A stretch of DNA of 64,000 bases from Magallana gigas (taxonomy: Eukaryota), in contig NC_088853.1 in NCBI RefSeq assembly GCF_963853765.1, positions 16,306,001 to 16,370,000 on the forward strand, written 5' to 3'. Position 1 is the stretch's first letter, and every line of letters begins with the position of its first letter. The translations under genes and the position numbers were made by a program. The notes under the pieces are model-generated. The model saw nothing but the letters and a program-made list of their open reading frames with translations, made no database searches and was not told the origin of the DNA. Below are positions 62,634 to 64,000 of this stretch, piece after piece.

Positions 62634-63379
62634 TCAGACGATGTTCATTCAATAGTATGAAAAAATCCCAAGATTTCTCTTTTGAAACGTCCCCTCTAGA
62701 TTTTCATGTTTCAATACACGGCTAGAAATAGAAAGTCCACTAGGATTTTGCATTGCATCAGCTATAATTAAGGTCGGACGAAAACGATAAAAAATTATGC
62801 AAGGTATTCCGAGTGACTTCCGAATGGAGAAAAGATGTCAACATTCTCCGTAATCTGTTTTAGTTCCTGTGAAATTTTTAGAGGAAAAATGACAATATGT
62901 GAATGAAGTTATCTTGGAAATTTTCCCTTTGATTTTAATTGCACGTTTTCCACAGGTATGTGTATTTTAATTAAAAATCGCCCAAATGTACAATAATAAA
63001 ACCAGAGGGGTCTCAGTAACCCGACTACCCTTCGGGCTTCACAGGATTTGATCACGTGACCAACCAAATTCATATCCCGGTGAACTTTAAAAATTGATGT
63101 TTATTTCTTAAATGAACTTTTTCGTGACGTCACAATGATCATAGCACGCGCTTATCGCTTTTCGCTTGGATTATTTTAAACATAAAATCTCGGTATTTTT
63201 AATAATTCTAAACTATTTGTCTTTTTCAAACGTAAATATAAGTAATAAACATCAATATTAAAAAGTTCAGAGGGAGATGAAGTTGGTTGGTACGTGATCA
63301 AACCTACTGAGAAGCCCTTCGGGCTTCACAGGATTCGATCATGTGACTAAACGACGTCATGTCCCAGTGAACCTTTTAA

Positions 63380-63832
63380 GGTCAGACGACACGTCTCTCG
63401 ATTTAATATAACTTTTTCCAGGAATTTGTTGATGGTTTACTCTAATTTTGACAAGCTTTCTTAGAAAAAATTAGGGTACCTTACCAGGCATTTCTTCAAA
63501 ATACTAGAGTATGCAATTTCCTATATAATCTTCTTAAAAATACACTTGAATTGCTGATATAAAAATAAATACATATACAGGACAGCAAAATTCACTATAT
63601 TGGAACTCTATCTCGGCCGGGGTGGGGCTTTGAACTCACGATCTCTAGAACCTATACGCTATTGGCAGTGAGCGGCAACGGTTCTAACCACTCGGCCATC
63701 TATCTAGACACACAACCACATACAATTAAATTTTTATCCTTTTTAAAATAATTATAAAATTAATATTTTTCATTTGAACTCTTTATTACGAGAAGATACA
63801 AAAAAGATTCTCGAGGAACGTGTCGTCTGACC
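63380..63832 (+). mobile_element. Kolobok-like TTAA MITE with a tRNA-like segment (63612-63700)
   Basis: TIR ggtcagacgacacg / cgtgtcgtctgacc, TTAA TSD. Counterpart of 18505-18959. Confidence 0.8.
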
Positions 63833-64000
63833 TTAAATTGCTGTTTATTTCTTAAATTAAAAAGCTGAAATAAGCAATGAACATCCTGTTATCAAGTTAG
63901 TTGGAATATGAACTTGGCTAGTCACGTGATTAATTCCTGTGAAACCGAAAGGGTTTTCCAAAAGATTTGATTTACCAATCAAGTTCATATCTAGGTGAAC

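Larger units (their letters stand above)
58448..64000 (+). repeat. Segmental duplication block B, copy 2 (runs off the window)
   Basis: Matches 12461-19127. Confidence 0.95.

Overview
AT-rich eukaryotic (animal) genomic DNA with GT-AG introns and two short N gaps. The repeat types suggest a bivalve, probably an oyster (inference). Much of the window is a ~46-kb-offset duplication: 1-2640 matches 45676-48610, and 12461-19127 matches 58448-64000. Between these blocks lie two unrelated ~9.8-kb segments. One holds a dead BEL/Pao LTR-retrotransposon body; the other holds a secreted DsbA/thioredoxin-like (CPDS) gene. Host genes reconstructed by hand: (i) a 4-exon PAN/Apple-like + C-type lectin gene in two copies, the second cut by the window end; (ii) a 3-exon, 124-aa secreted 10-Cys protein ending CGPNFCCC, which the ORF track misses, lying head-to-head with a pseudogenised paralog; (iii) the thioredoxin-like gene. 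A full-length L1/Tx1-type LINE (37134-42986, minus strand, 13-bp TSD) has two intact ORFs, and its ORF1p ends in an IMPACT/YigZ (UPF0029)-like domain; this is the most unusual signal here. The rest is nested non-autonomous elements: Helentron/HINE-like, TTAA Kolobok-like (some with tRNA-like A/B boxes), Crypton-like, Tc1-like, hAT and Harbinger-like. No CRISPR, rRNA or true tRNA genes were seen. All family assignments come from motif recognition by eye; no searches were run.
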